Of a stretch of DNA of 64,000 nucleotides, positions 1 to 13,800 are shown one piece after another. Origin of the DNA: Schizochytrium sp. TIO01 (Eukaryota > Protista > Bigyra: Labyrinthulomycetes). The translations under genes and the position numbers were made by a program. The notes under the pieces were generated by a model. The model was not told the DNA's origin, did no database searches, and saw nothing but the letters and a program-made list of their open reading frames with translations. Position 1 is the stretch's first letter. Each line of letters begins with the position of its first letter. The stretch is taken from the NCBI GenBank assembly GCA_004764695.1, contig SMSO01000037.1:2518747-2582746 (forward strand), in the 5' to 3' direction.

Positions 1-2414
1 GAGAGAAACACAAACCGTTTTCCTTCGCCATTATGGCGACCCGTCTTCTTCCATATAGAGCTCCCCGTGTTACCCCATCATCGCTCAATACATACACCTG
101 CGCCTTTATCCCACTCCCCAATATCTGGGTCTGGTTTTCTATGCACACGTTCCCTTTGTTACTATGTCCTTAAATTGAGGACTTAGCAAGGGTCCTCCTT
201 GAGGAAACCACGCTCTTGTATTCATCACCCACCCATCACCACTCTCACGCTCCTTCTCAGGATTCGCAGCTCAGAGCCGAGGCTTGAGCTGCACCGATGA
301 ACTGACTTACCGTGGGTTATCTCACTCATGATTCGGTATGGGTATAAAGTATTCTGCGTAACCTCTTCTTCGAGTCGTTTTGCCTGTCAAACAAAGCTCT
401 CAACAGCCAGAGTCGTTGTGGTTGATTGATCAATGCTGGCGCGGATCGCTCCAGACGTGAACGCAAGCAAGGAAAGCTAGCGATTGGACTGCTGCTTTGG
501 CGACTGGACGTAGGAGGAGGTCTCGACGGAGGCGTACGGGGTCTCGGGTCTGGTGCCGCGAGACAGGATTCTGGGTAAGCTTACGCAGCAAGGAGGCAAG
601 CAAACTAGCTAGCGCAGCGTGTTTTACTCTGAAAGCTCGAGGGTCTCACCGCGTATTCTGGGTCTAGCTGGTCGCGAGGCGGCTAGACAATCCTATCCCA
701 GTGGGAGATGAGAGGAGGCCTCCTTCCACTCTCCCTGCAGCTCAACTGTGTTTCGCAGCGTATCACTATAGTCAACACATGAAATCAACTGCACTGTGGG
801 AGTTTTGAACATTTCCTTGCCAGAATGAGCATGCCCATGAGTCTAACGGAGTGGCCCTTCCAGAGGGAGCAGAAAGCACAGTGGAGGCCCTCACACTGGC
901 CTCCCGCTGTGGTATTGAGGTGAAGCGTCTAGCTTGCCTTCTTTCAGGGGTAGGGAACACAAAAGATCCGCTCTGAGCAACCCCTGCGCATACTGTCCGC
1001 CGCAGCGATTCAAGCGAATCTTCCGCGTCTACCCCCCTCTACTGGTCTCGCTGGCTGCTTCCTTCCCAAACGGGATGTGAGGGAACGATTAGAGGGGCGA
1101 TTGGGAGACAGGGGGAGAATGAAAGAGCGCTCTCTCTTCGATGGAGTTGTTGGTTGGTCATATGCTTTCGAAAACCTCGATTCCGAGACGACCCTTTCCG
1201 CTGCTTGCACTGCTGCTGTTGCTCGCAGGCTGAACAGGGCCAGGGAAAGAGCGTGCCTCGCCGCCCATTTAAGCCACGATTCACGCCCGCGCACGACGAA
1301 GGGGTTGTCCGGAAGGGGTTCAAGGTAGCGAGCGCCTCGAGATCCACTCGAGCGCCTGCTCTGCTTGTAGTGCATGCAGCCAGGCCTTTTTTCGCACTCT
1401 CTCGCAGAGAAGAAGATGGATGGATGGAGCAGTAGTAGGCCTAAGTGAGGCAGGCCGGAGGACAGAGAACGATGGAGGAGGCACTCACTCATTTATTTGC
1501 GAAAGAAATCAAAGCACCTTCGAGTTGGAGAATCAGAGAACGAAGGAACTTGACAGATTCGCACACAAAGAGAACCGGGTAAGGAAGACCTGCGGAATCA
1601 CCAGCAGGCGGCTAGGAGCTAGGTAGAGTGGGGTAGGGACCTAGGTGCTGCTTAGGCGGTGTTCTTTCACGATTTCTTTCGAAATCTTTCCAAGGAGTGT
1701 AAACAACACGGACATTCTATCTAGGGAATCTTCGAGCTGCCTGCTGAAAGCTTGAGCTGGCGGCTTGGTGTGTCTATGGGATTGAGAAAGCGGCCTCAAA
1801 CATCGCGTGAAAGAGATTCGAACCGACCAAATTCGAGTTCGAGTATATGGCAACATTCCAATTTGAAGCGAGGGCATTTATTTACTTTCTTCTTTTTTTT
1901 AAAGTAAAATAGTCACTTTTATTTATTTATTTATTTATTTATTTATATAATTTTAATTTTAAAAAAGTAGTTATCATTTCCCTATTGGCTATAAGGTTTT
2001 ACCGTTTGCACTATCCAGGTGCACAAGGAAACTGATATTTTTGTGTGTTTTCTTTCACCACGTGAGTCGAAGGAAGGGAAATGATGAAAACGGGCAGTAC
2101 CGCCAAATCAACCCTCCAGCCGAGACCTTGTCTTCCTGCGCACGAGCCGGCCCACGGCCGCAGCAGAGAGCTCGCTCGCTCGCTCGCTTGCTCGCGGGGC
2201 TGCGGTCTGGAAGCACTCTTGGGCAATCTTCTCGGGTTGGCGGCGCCGGGGCCCTGGAAACCCCTCGCAGGAGCTATGGCCAAACTGCTGCTGCAGATCA
2301 TTCAAATTTCAAAAATTCAAAAATCAACCAACCTTTGAAAGCCTTGAGTTTTCGAAGGTTTCGAAACTTAGGTACGATTGTGATGGATGGCACATGGACA
2401 ATTTAAATATTAGT

Positions 2415-2417
<3 letters not shown>

Positions 2418-2463
<46 letters not shown>
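2418..2463. repeat. (CT)23 microsatellite
   Basis: Perfect dinucleotide run. Confidence 0.97.
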
Positions 2464-2464
<1 letters not shown>

Positions 2465-5400
2465 GCTAGAGATAGGTAGAACCCATTGACTGCTGTTTGG
2501 GCAGCATACCGCCGCCGACATCCACTTCTTCGCTGCCCGTGGCGTGGGGCTGGCCGCCTCAGCAGGGGCGGCAGCGCAGCAGAGCAGCACGGCAGCACGG
2601 CAGAGGAGCTTTCGCAGCCAGCCTCGCCTGGGTACAGGAGCTTCTTCAGGTTGCCTGGGCGGCACGCTGGAGGAATTCGTTCAAATGTTCAAGTCGCAGT
2701 GGCCTAGTTCTATTCAGATAAGGTCGCGAATTGAACATTCATCAGGCGAGATCGCTCGAAAGACAACTCGCTGCGACAACAGTTCGCGGCGGCGACAGCA
2801 GCGGCTGCGAGCAGAATTGACTGCGAGCTGGCAGATCGTGAGGTGTCAAAAGCGCCTCGCCAGCTAGGATCTACCTCGCTCGGCATTCAATCTATCAACC
2901 ATTGTCTCCAAATTCAAACAAACCTTCTCTTCTCTTTCTCTTTCCTTTCTTTTTTCAAGATGCAGGTTCATAAATTGAACATTTTTTTTAATATTTGTTT
3001 TTTTTTAATTTGATTAAAATAGCCCTACAAAGAGATCAAAGGGGGACTGAGACTTTCTCTTTCTAATAATCAGCCAACAAGTACAGTTGAATTCAACTTC
3101 TCTCCGGAGATTATCTGAGGCGGGAAGCGCCAATCATGCGGTCAGCTTGATTATTCGGGTTGAAGTTCAAGCTCTTTGATTGCGCAAGAAGAATAAACCC
3201 ATCGGAGCTCCTTCGTCATGGCTGCTAAAGGTTTCAAGGTTGAACGACAGTCTTGAAGCACAAAAATGACAGAAACAGCGAAAAAGAGAGGAAGAAAGAG
3301 GGAGCTTGAGAGAGTTTCAAACATGTTTTCCTCCTTTATTTTTTAATATACTTTCCTAAAGTATATACTCTAGGCCTATACATTTTTGAAATGGCCGCCA
3401 CTATCACGACTTCGAGCAGTGCCTGGCGCATCGCCGAATACTGCCGCGTGTCGCGTTCTAGAGCTGTGCCCGTGGCTAAGAAGGTTTTGCGCCAGGACAG
3501 GACGCGCCAGCGCTGGTATCCTCGTGACGAGCGAGGCAGCTCAAGGAGTGGGAATGCCTGAAGATCGGATGAAGTCCTATCAAAATTCAGAAATTCAAAT
3601 TGTGAAAATTGTGAAAATTGAAAAAACATTCAAGTTTCTTTCTTTTTTGAAATTAAATTAAACACAAAGAGAAAGCATCAAATTTGGAGCTTTAATTTGC
3701 ACTGGCCTCTCTAATACCGGTTTCGGCCGCAACTTGAATTTTGGAATAACGATCAGCTGCTGCTCGACAATGTGTTGGAGCCCAGGTTCTTTTGCTGCTA
3801 CCCCGCACGAGAGTCAATGCCATAGCTCATGGCCCAGTGCACACGCTCTGCTTCGGCTAGGACTGTTTGACACGAAGATTGAAAATCAAGTTGATGGCAG
3901 GTAGTATCTCAAATCCGCATTGATCAAAGCCAAGTGGCGCATCTAGGTTTGATGCTGCTGCAGCAGTGAGAGGCGAGACATCATGCTCAATGCTGCTCTC
4001 GTTAAACGAACTTGACACGACGGCATTTTATTTTGTTGCTATCTTTGCAAATTCAGGTTCCATTCAATTCGGCAGGTCGAATTACAATTTCGAAATTTCG
4101 AATACTATGTCCGTCACTAACCTGAGGAATCGTCGCTTATGCGGACCTTTGGCACAGCATTGCCACCAGGACCAATTGCGGCCACAACCGACCTTAACCG
4201 TGATGCTGAAGAAGGCTGGACTCAATCCACGCAACTCGGAGGGAGTTAGTTAGCAGAACTCGCTCGACCAACTTGGCGGCGAAATGTATCCATCTGGTGA
4301 AAGTGCTGCATGCATGCAAGCACCTGAGTACCACGTACTATACCTTTGATGCCGAGCGGGCTTGATTCCCACGACGCATTCGCCTCTCCCTCGCTCAGGC
4401 TTCGTCTTGGCAGCTTTGGGTGCTCTTGACAAAGTCTTGAAGAAGCACGTATTCTATCTGCTACGGTAGGTAGGCCACTGGCGGTGCATGGAATCCCACG
4501 CTTCCATCTCGAAATTGCGAAAGCAGGAGCCTGAGCTGCCGCTAGCTGGCTGCTTCAGAAGTGCTCGTTGATTCTACTCGAACCGCAGGCCGCGAGCAAG
4601 GAAAACTGCCTTCGAGGACGCGAGCGAGCGAATGCGCGAACCCTCGCGAGTTTTTGACCCGTACGAAAGCAGAGATCGCCCTCTGCGCCGTTTTGCCGGG
4701 CTTTCGCAAAGTCGGATCCAAGTTCTTCTGCTATGAAGAAGATCTTTTCCCCATTTGGCGGCCACTACGATGGATAGATCGAGGAAATGACATTTTAGGT
4801 ACGGGCTGCTGCCAAGGCGAAGCCTTTTGCATTTCGCAATAGTAGGCCGACCGATCGAGCAAGCTGGACTTCATTTGAGGGATGGCGAGCACCAGGCCGA
4901 ACAGTGGCGGTGCGCGTGCCTTTACAAGTTTTGGCTCAACTGAAAGGTAGATAGATAGACGATACCTACACCTACCTGGGTTGGCTGGTTCTACCAAACA
5001 AATGAACAAACGTTCCTTTCACTTTGTATCTCAGTGCTCGCGCCTGGGCCTGAGGGGGGGTCAACAGAAAGCTTCGTTGCGAAGCGAAGCTCGAGGCCTG
5101 ATGTACCTCGCGCTTTCGGGACCCAGAGAAGCAACAACAGCCTAGCCGTACGAACTTCTCCAGGAGCCCGCCTCATTTGCCAGCACAAAGGTGTCTCAGA
5201 TGCTGCGAGACCGATCGTGGTTATGTAACTTTGCATACGCCACGACTTCTCGACGTGTGTTTTTTTCAGCCGTGAAAACATGATAACAATAGTCAAACGG
5301 GTAATAGTCACTGCTAGCGACTTGCAAGGGGTAATATGAGTAGGGTTGGTGGCTAAGCTACCTTCTCATCCTATGAAAAGAAGTTTATTCTTCACTTTGG

Positions 5401-7793
5401 AGAAAGTGAAAAGCTGCATTCTTCTTACCTTCAACATGAACATTCCAAGGGCAATGATTTGACAACTGGTTTACACAAGGGTTTCCTTCTTTTCTTAGCC
5501 TACTAGTTCCTTCCTTTCTAGTTTATCTGAAGCTCCATGTGCTTCAAAATTACTATCACTATTAGCACCAAAAAGTGCATCCGTTCCGCTCACAACCCAC
5601 GCGGCCAAGAACGCCTGCGATGCGTTAAGGCAGCACCTAGGTATCAATACTACCGAGTACCTCGGCACTGGGACTAGCATGAAGCACATCGGATCGTTCT
5701 TCAGCCACAATCGTCTGATGGGTATAATGAAAACTCAAGGGATAGCTGCGGCTCAACTCTCACATCCGGAGACTCGACTGGTTCTGAAGTTCATGCTTCA
5801 TGGCCCAATCAACTTAGCCTGAAGAGGCTCAGGTAGGTATGTAAGCGCATACGGGAAACGCAAGCTTTTGCAAACCTCGCTTTGTCGTTGACGACAGCAC
5901 TCCAGTCAAAGAACAAGCACCAGTTCCTCCAGTTCCCAAACCGGAAGCTCTAAGAACTAAGACTTTTATTATTTTATTAGTACGAACGGGCTTCGGTTCT
6001 TGGTCTTCATTCAAAAGAAAATCAAGATCCCTCTCGCATTTCAAGCCTCCATCAGGCTGCTGGCCCGAGTTTTCAGACGTGCTTAACTGAATGACCCAAC
6101 GACAAGTCGAACACCAGACCGAGCTTTCGTTTTCAGCTGAAGGGCTACCTATCGATACTCACAAGTATAATGCTTTGAAAGAAAGAACTTTGCAGAGTTT
6201 TAGTATTTCATTTTTTTAATTTTTTATTAATTTAAAATAATAAAATAATCAGAATACCCCTACACTTCGAGCTCAAGCTTTGAAGCTCGAAAGAAGCTTG
6301 CAGAAAGAAAAGAAGGTAGACACTACCAGCACCCACCTATACGTATCATTCAAAAGTAAATGCCATTTGAATTTCTCCGGATTCTTCACTTCCGCCAGTC
6401 TGGCACAACTAGACTTTAAAAAACTCCAAAAGCTCATTGAAACTTGCGCATTCGAGCGCAAGACAAACTCCATCTGTCCTAACATTAATACACGTTGTCT
6501 GGTACGAGGTAGAATGGGTGGCCACTATGGCGAGACTCAGAATGCTTTGAGTTGCTATTCTTAGACACTTGTCCTCCAAAAGCTGGAGTTCGCTTCCTCG
6601 GTCAACGAGCACACTGTAGAGAGAGAGAGAGAGAGATTAATTACTTCCAACGGAAAGAGGCGCGAAGCGTCATTCTGCGAGACTTTTTGCGACGACTAGG
6701 CTTCTTAAAAAGGCTTGATTCTGGACCCAAATTTACTCGGAGCTACTATTCCAATTTTTTTCATGGATGTATTTTTTTATACGTTGTGATTTTATAACAT
6801 TGAGTTTTCAAATGCTGGTTGTAGTACATAGCTCTTATCGTAACTGTAACATCCTCATATTTTGTGGGCGAGTTTGACAACAAACAGTCATTTGTGTGCC
6901 ACCATAAGCTCATAAGCACAAATAATGACTGTCTAATATTTTTTACCATCTAAAGAATAGAAAATAGAAAGCAAAATTAGTCTAAATTCCACAACTCTGC
7001 GTGCGCTGGAAATCACGAAATTTGCAGCTTTAGAACGAAGAAAACTTACTAACTTTCTCGTCTAGCTCTACGAACACTATGAATCTCGAATATAATTCTG
7101 TTGTAAAAAAAAAAAAATTAAAATATATATATATATACACACACGGAGTAATCTAAATTCTACCGGAATTCAACCACTTGGACACTTGGGAAACTTAAAA
7201 CCTTTATTCAATTTTACCATTTTTGTGTAAATAATGCTGTAGATATTATAGACCTTCGCTCCACTATACAATTATACCTTTAGCAAAAACTATAAAACCT
7301 GAACCATGGTTGCTTTGATCACCATAGGTGATGCATAAAACATTCTTGTAGATGGCAAAAATGCGTAACAATATCGACTAACAATTCCCAAGAGCACTAA
7401 ATCTATCCTGCAAAATATTTCCCTTTCTACAGAGAAGCAGAGAAGGCCTGAAAAAATGTTCAATATGTATAGCCATGCAGTTAGCGCTGTGTGTCTTGTA
7501 CCCCCGAGCGGATTGCATAACATACTCTATGTGCTATTTATCTGTATCAAGATGAATACGTTTCTCATCAATTTCGTAATTAACTGCTGGACATCTGAGC
7601 GAGCACTACGTAATATGAGCGACTCTTCATAATAGTCATGTCATAAGTGTTCTGTTCTGTTCTTTATATCAATTGACCGTTTAGGACTCTCTGGGACTGC
7701 AGGAATTACTTTGCGTGTGCTCTGCGACATTGAGACAGCTTGCGTCTTACGTCGTGACAATACTTGAGCGAGCGCAACGTAATCCTCGCTTTG

Positions 7794-7849
7794 GTATGCT
7801 TATTTTGTGCAGTATTGGATACAGCGCTTTGTAATTACCGGTTTAGCAG
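7794..7849 (+). other. Possible short 5'-UTR intron upstream of the EF-hand gene
   Basis: GTATGC donor-like site at 7794 and TTTAG/CAG acceptors at 7846/7849, just before ATG 7858. No transcript data. Confidence 0.2.
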
Positions 7850-7857
7850 AGACGCAA

Positions 7858-10800
7858 ATGTTTGCAAGACGGGCTCTTGCCAACAGCAGTGCGACACGGT
7901 CACGCGCGGACTCAGACGCTGCGTACAGTGCGGGCCCGCTCACGCTGTCCAGTGACGAGGATGAAGACGAAGACATGAAGTCACGGTCGAGGATGGCATC
8001 GGGATCCATGTTCTCAGCAGGCAGCTTCTTTAGCGGCGATGATGAAGATGAGTTCGATGAGAGCGATGACCATTACGACGATGGGAACGGTGACGGCAAG
8101 AACTCAAGCTTGAGGCAACGCTCTACAAGCACAAAGTCTTCAAAAACCCTGCAACCTAAATTTATTGATAAGCATTCGTCGGACTCCCACTCCATCCCGT
8201 CGTCGAAATCCTCATCGTCTTCGCTCTCTTCACACAGGACCGCCAAGACTGATGGCAACAAGAGTGATACTAGCAGCTCCAGCGAACCCGGTGATAACGA
8301 TAGCGATGAAAAAGAACAGTCAAACAGTGACACAGATGATAATGAAAACCATGAGAAACAACAAGGCTCTATCGACAAGCTTGCAAGCGAGATCTGCAAA
8401 ACATTACGCGAGCAAGCACGCAATGGTGATGACGTTATGCGGCTGATCAAGGTTCGCTTCGAGAGTTTAGATCGTGACCGCAAAGGCTTTATCAATGCAG
8501 AGGAATTTCGACAACTGATCGCAGCTGTTCTTGGTGGACGAGCGATTTCTTCGGATAACGCAGCAGACCTTCTCAAGCGCTTTAAAGCTGACACTGATAA
8601 AAATGGGCATGTATCTTATGACGAGTTTGTCAGCTTTGTATCCTTGGACCGTCATGCCATTGCAAACATGGCTAACAAGCTGCGGCGTGCTTTACATAAT
8701 CTCTTGCGTAAAGATGAAACTGGTTCTGTAGCGGACCTCTTTGGGCGCTTCTGCGACGCGCGACGCAACGCAATCGGTACAACAGAATTCCAAAACATTG
8801 CGCGAGTTGTGAAGGTTGGTGCAGAGGTTCTAACTGCAGGTGAACTTGAAGGACTTATGCGATATTTAGACCGCCAAGGCAAAGGCTTCATTGACATTTC
8901 TGATTTTCAATTATTTATCGAGGACCCAAGTAAAACAAAATCAAGATCAAAATCGGTTGGTATGGATGAAGAGGAAACGAAAGACACAGAAGAAGACGCT
9001 GCTGCAGCTCATGTCGTAGTCGATGTTCGCCTTGCAATTCATGGACAATCCAAAAAGCGCAAGGAAGAACAGGAAGCCCTACTTGCTCAGGGATACACCC
9101 GCTTAGCTTCCAACCTCAATGACCGGGGACGTGGTTACCCACTACACTTGTTTGTAAAAAGAGCTAACAGCAAGGTCTTTGCAGATGAAGACGCCTTTCA
9201 ACGAGCAAGAGTGACAGATATTGCCCTTTCACGCTCCAGCAAGGATGCCTCCATGCTTGCTCTTGGTTATCAGTGCGTTGAACCGTACAGTGTAAATGAA
9301 GGCGCATGGTTTACGCGAACTCAGTATTTGTGGATTCGCCGTAATGCTGAAGATCCACACCCAATTCTTGATATTGCTGTGACAGCTGGACGAAAGCGTG
9401 ACCTTGCCAGCAAACTTTGGACTCCACCTTTTCGTGGATACAAAAGAATAGAGGGGGATCTTAATGCAGGAAATCGCGGATCGCAAGTTTTCCTTTGGTA
9501 TTTCAAAGACCAGCTAAATCAAGATGAGGGTCCGTTTGCTCAGATGGCGCGTATATGTCGCAGCAAGCTCCGTGCACTGGCCGACAAGCAAGAAATTAAC
9601 CTTGATAAGCTTTGGGAACAGTATGACAAACGTGATAAAGGCTACATTCCTCGCGCGAAAGTACGCTACCTCATCACTCAGGACGTTGGAATTAAGCTTG
9701 AGAAGACAGATTTAAGTAAAGTGCTTGACCTACTAGATGTTAATCGTGATGGTCGGATTGACCGAGACGAGTTTATGGAATTTCTTGCATTCAACCCTGC
9801 TGAGGTAGATCGTCTCATGGTCAAAATCTATGAAGCGTTAGTTCAACGTGATCTAGCAGGGTCTAGAAGTGCTATCAAACGGTGGTTTCTTTCTTCTGCT
9901 TCAGAAAGTGGATCAGCGGCTACTGCAGAGTACAAATCCCTTGAAGATACTGCACGAAGCCATGGTCGGCGCGCATCTGCCGCTAGTAAGATCCAGACTA
10001 CTTCGAAATCACCCAAGGAGATGTCCCGTGCTCTGAAAAAGATTGGTATCAAACTCGCACCTGAGGAACTCAAGACAATTATGGGAAGGTTTGACAAAAG
10101 TGGCGATGGTCTTGTAGATGCAAAAGAGTTCGTTGACGCAATCCTCCTTTGCGCAAAACGTGTAAAGGTCACAAAGGCTCAACAAGAAGAAGAAGGTGAT
10201 GCAGCTGCCAAAACCTATGTGAATGTTGAATTGGCTGCACGTAAACTTCGATCTTACGCACGCAATCTAGCTGGGCCTGATTTAGATATGAGCCGCGCCT
10301 GTGATGGCCTACTTGGGGGCGGTGATAAGGATCGACTTACACGCGACCGTGTCCGAGAAATACTGCAAAGTGAACTTAAACTAGATTTGTCAGACAAGGA
10401 AATAGCGATGCTTCTCTTACGCACAGGAACTTCAAGAACAAAAGTAACAGACTTTTGCACATGCTCAACGTACCTAGATGCAGTTTTGAACCGTGTTGTC
10501 GATGCTGCTCTCAATGTAGAAATCCATCGATTTTTTAGGCAACTTGATAGCGCTGGACAAGGCCGTCTATCGCGTGTTGATTTCGCCAACGGCTTGAAGA
10601 ACTTGGAGCTAGATGGACAACACATCCAGCTGAGTCCAAAGGAGGTCAATCAAATTGTACAACGATTTGATCAAGATGGCGATGGCTTTGTAGACCTCGA
10701 TGAATTTCTCCAGTTTATTCAAAGCGCTGAGCGTGCTCGTCGGGCAGCTCGTGATGCTCTATTGGATGAAGAGGAACGTAAACTTGACGATGCACGTGTA

Positions 10801-13800
10801 GTCTACGTATTCTCTGCCTTACGCAAACTGCATGTTGCAAGCATGCACTCTGTCGATCAGCTATTCGCCAAATTTTGTGATAACCCAGATCGTCAAACTT
10901 TTTCACTTGACGGGCTGGAGCGTGGCTTGCAACGTCTTGGACTAGTTCCCCAAGAGGTCCAGCTTTCAGCTGCGCAGTTTCAACAAGTCTTCCGTAGGCT
11001 TGATCTTGCCGGCATTGGGGTAGTTAACAAGCGACAGTTTGAGCGATTCCTCACACGACGACAACAAGGCAATAAGAGTGGAGGAGCTGACCTCATGTCC
11101 CCCCAAGTGCCACTTTCAAGGCGTCTTCGTTCGACGCTAAAACCAGTAGTGCGATCAGCTGAAGCCACGTTTCATGAGATCGATATCCGCGGTACAGGGA
11201 GAGTATTAGCAAAGGCATTTATTCAAGTGTTGCAAGGGTTAGAGATTCCATCTCGGGATGCTCAAACTTTAGCCAAAGCGTTTCCCTCAGAGAATGCAAC
11301 TGATGCAGTAGACTATGAGGCCTTCTTTGCATGGACAGATCAGCGTCATCAATCCCCAAATGGCCGCAAACGATCCCCCAGATCAAGCCCAACCTCTGGG
11401 GATGATTACGCCAGTTCTTTTGATCGTGGCGAGGCTTCAGAGTCCCGAGCGGTGCGCCTACTGCGTCGAGGATTTGGGTCAAAGGCACGCTTAATGGCAG
11501 CGCTGAAATCATACAGTGAGGGTTCCGATGGACGTCTTTCACGAAATAGTGTTAATGAAATGCTAGATGATGCCGGGCTGGGTAGATTGTCTTATAGAGA
11601 TTGGCATGAACTTGGAGCTTCTTCGGCACGAGAGTTATGTGCAGAGGTGTTTTCAACGCGTCGAGGTGGAAGGTCTCCTCGACGCCATCGCGGTCGCCAT
11701 TCACGGAGGTCACCACATTCAGCTTCATATTACAGCTCAAGCGAAGATGACAAAGGTGATGCTGGGGATTTAGGCAATAACGAGGATGACGAAGAGGACG
11801 ATGAAGAAGCAAACTTGCTGGCAGAAGCATCCTTAGCCCGAGATTACGTAGCACGATGTTTGCGTGAAGCAATGCGAAAAGAAAACTTCTCGTGGGAGCC
11901 TGCTGTAAGGTTGTTTGATCATGACGGCTCCGGCGCAATTCGACTTCGAGACATGTCTCGTGTTTTGCGTTCAATTGGATGCCGACTTCCACTCACTAAA
12001 TTACGAAGCGTAGCGCACGTCCTTGCAGCAGTGCGTGATGGCGGCCAACGTGTCAACTACGAGCACTTTTTCGCGCGGATTTTGGAATCAGCAAGCGAGG
12101 CTGCGAATGGAGGTAGTCCCTTGCATCGCGGACGGACACTTGGAGAGTCTCATGAAGTTGTCCCATCATTTGCACAAGTCGAAGCAAAGATTCGTAACGC
12201 CTTGCGCGCCGAAGGCTTCGCAGAGGGCTTAGATTTGGACGACGAGTTAGCTCGGCTTGATCGGAATGGAAACGGACGCGTGTCAGCCGTAGAGCTGGCA
12301 AGAGCCCTACCACGACTCCTGGGTGGCGTAGAACTTTCTCCTGGGGAGCTCCAGGCAATTATTGATCAGTACGATCATAATGAAAATGGACAGATCGAGC
12401 TTGCCGAGTTCAGTGAGCTGATTGAGCTAAAGGACGCCGACATTGACGAACTCGTGGTACGTGTGAAAGAGGAACTCCGTAAGCAAGCACGCTTAGGCAC
12501 GCAACTCATTGAGCACTTTGAACAGTATGATGTGCATGGAGATGGCCAATTGAGCCGACGTGAGTTTCGTAAATGTTTAGACCAACTCTTACCGCCAGGT
12601 CGCCGACTAGGGAACCGCGAGGTTCGTCGACTGATGGATCGCTTTGATCAAGGTCATCATGGTCGCGTAAATTACCAGGCGTTTTGCGAGATTTGCAACC
12701 CAACAGAAATCGAGATGCTAGCGTTAGAAGCCAAAGTGCGCGAAAAGGTTCGCGGCATCGCGCGGCAATCTCAATCAGATCCCGTTGATTTGAGGCGTGC
12801 ATTCAAGCTTTTTGATGCAAGCGGGAATGGGAAAATCTCGCGTCGCGAGTTTAAACAAGCATGTGATCGACTTGGATTATCATTGTCAGAGGATGAATTA
12901 GAGCTATTGCTCAAGCGATTCGACACTAACGGAAACGGCACAGTGGACTATTTTGAGTTCTGCCGTTTCATTGAGTATGATGGTGCCGAGGTGGAAGACC
13001 TTGTCGTACGTGCTGGGCGCCACCTAGACAATCTGCAGCGTGAGCAGCGGGATGTTGTGCAGGCGTTTGCTATTCTCGAAGGCCGGCGGCGCCCCGTAGG
13101 TATTTTGCCTCGTCACGGATTTTACCGTGGCTGCCGCGATCTTCACATGCCATTTTCGGATGCAGAAATCTCGGCGCTTGCTGATCTTTATTCAGATAGT
13201 GGCAGTGTCAAATATCGTGACTTTGTGCTTTCAAGTCTCGCTCGTGCTGGCGCAAGATACCTTGGTGCTCTCGCATCATCTGTCAATGGCGCCTCGGGAT
13301 TCCCATTCGCAGTGGATGCTCCGTCAGCTGTAGCGCCAAACTCCACAAACGCAGACCATGTTTGGAACCCAAGTTCTGTGCAAGCATGGCTGTCCTCACA
13401 AGCTACGCTTGACCAAAAGCGCAAGTTCGAGCATTTACATCAAGCAATGGCTCGCACATATATGCCCCCAGGTGCACACCCAAACAGTGCGTCTCTTGGT
13501 CCGCTCCACAGTATGTCCCAGGTCAGCAGTGACCTTAGTGATGAGGAAAATCTTGGGCAAGCTTCACAGCGCCACTCTCAAAATCGTCGGCAGCAGAATC
13601 ATCGCCATGGCGAGGCTCCTCGGCACGTCAAGGGGACAATTCACAACACCCCTGCGTTTGCGGTACCAAAGGATCGTTGGGATTGCCCTGTTTGTTTTTA
13701 TAAGCAAGCTCGTGGTGGTCGTCTAACTTGTGAGATGTGTGATAGTCCGTGTCCTACTCCACAGACTACACAAGGTGGACATTGGCCGCACGTGAAACCT

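Noticed and set aside
4600-4720. Cluster of short hairpins (CGCGA-accc-TCGCG, GCAGAG-atcgcc-CTCTGC)
   Set aside because: Stems of 5-6 bp are expected by chance in GC-rich, palindrome-rich sequence, and no known ncRNA motif is present.
7807-7857. GTG start given by the ORF track for the 2105-aa ORF
   Set aside because: In a eukaryotic context the first in-frame ATG (7858) is the more likely start; the upstream segment may be UTR or intron.
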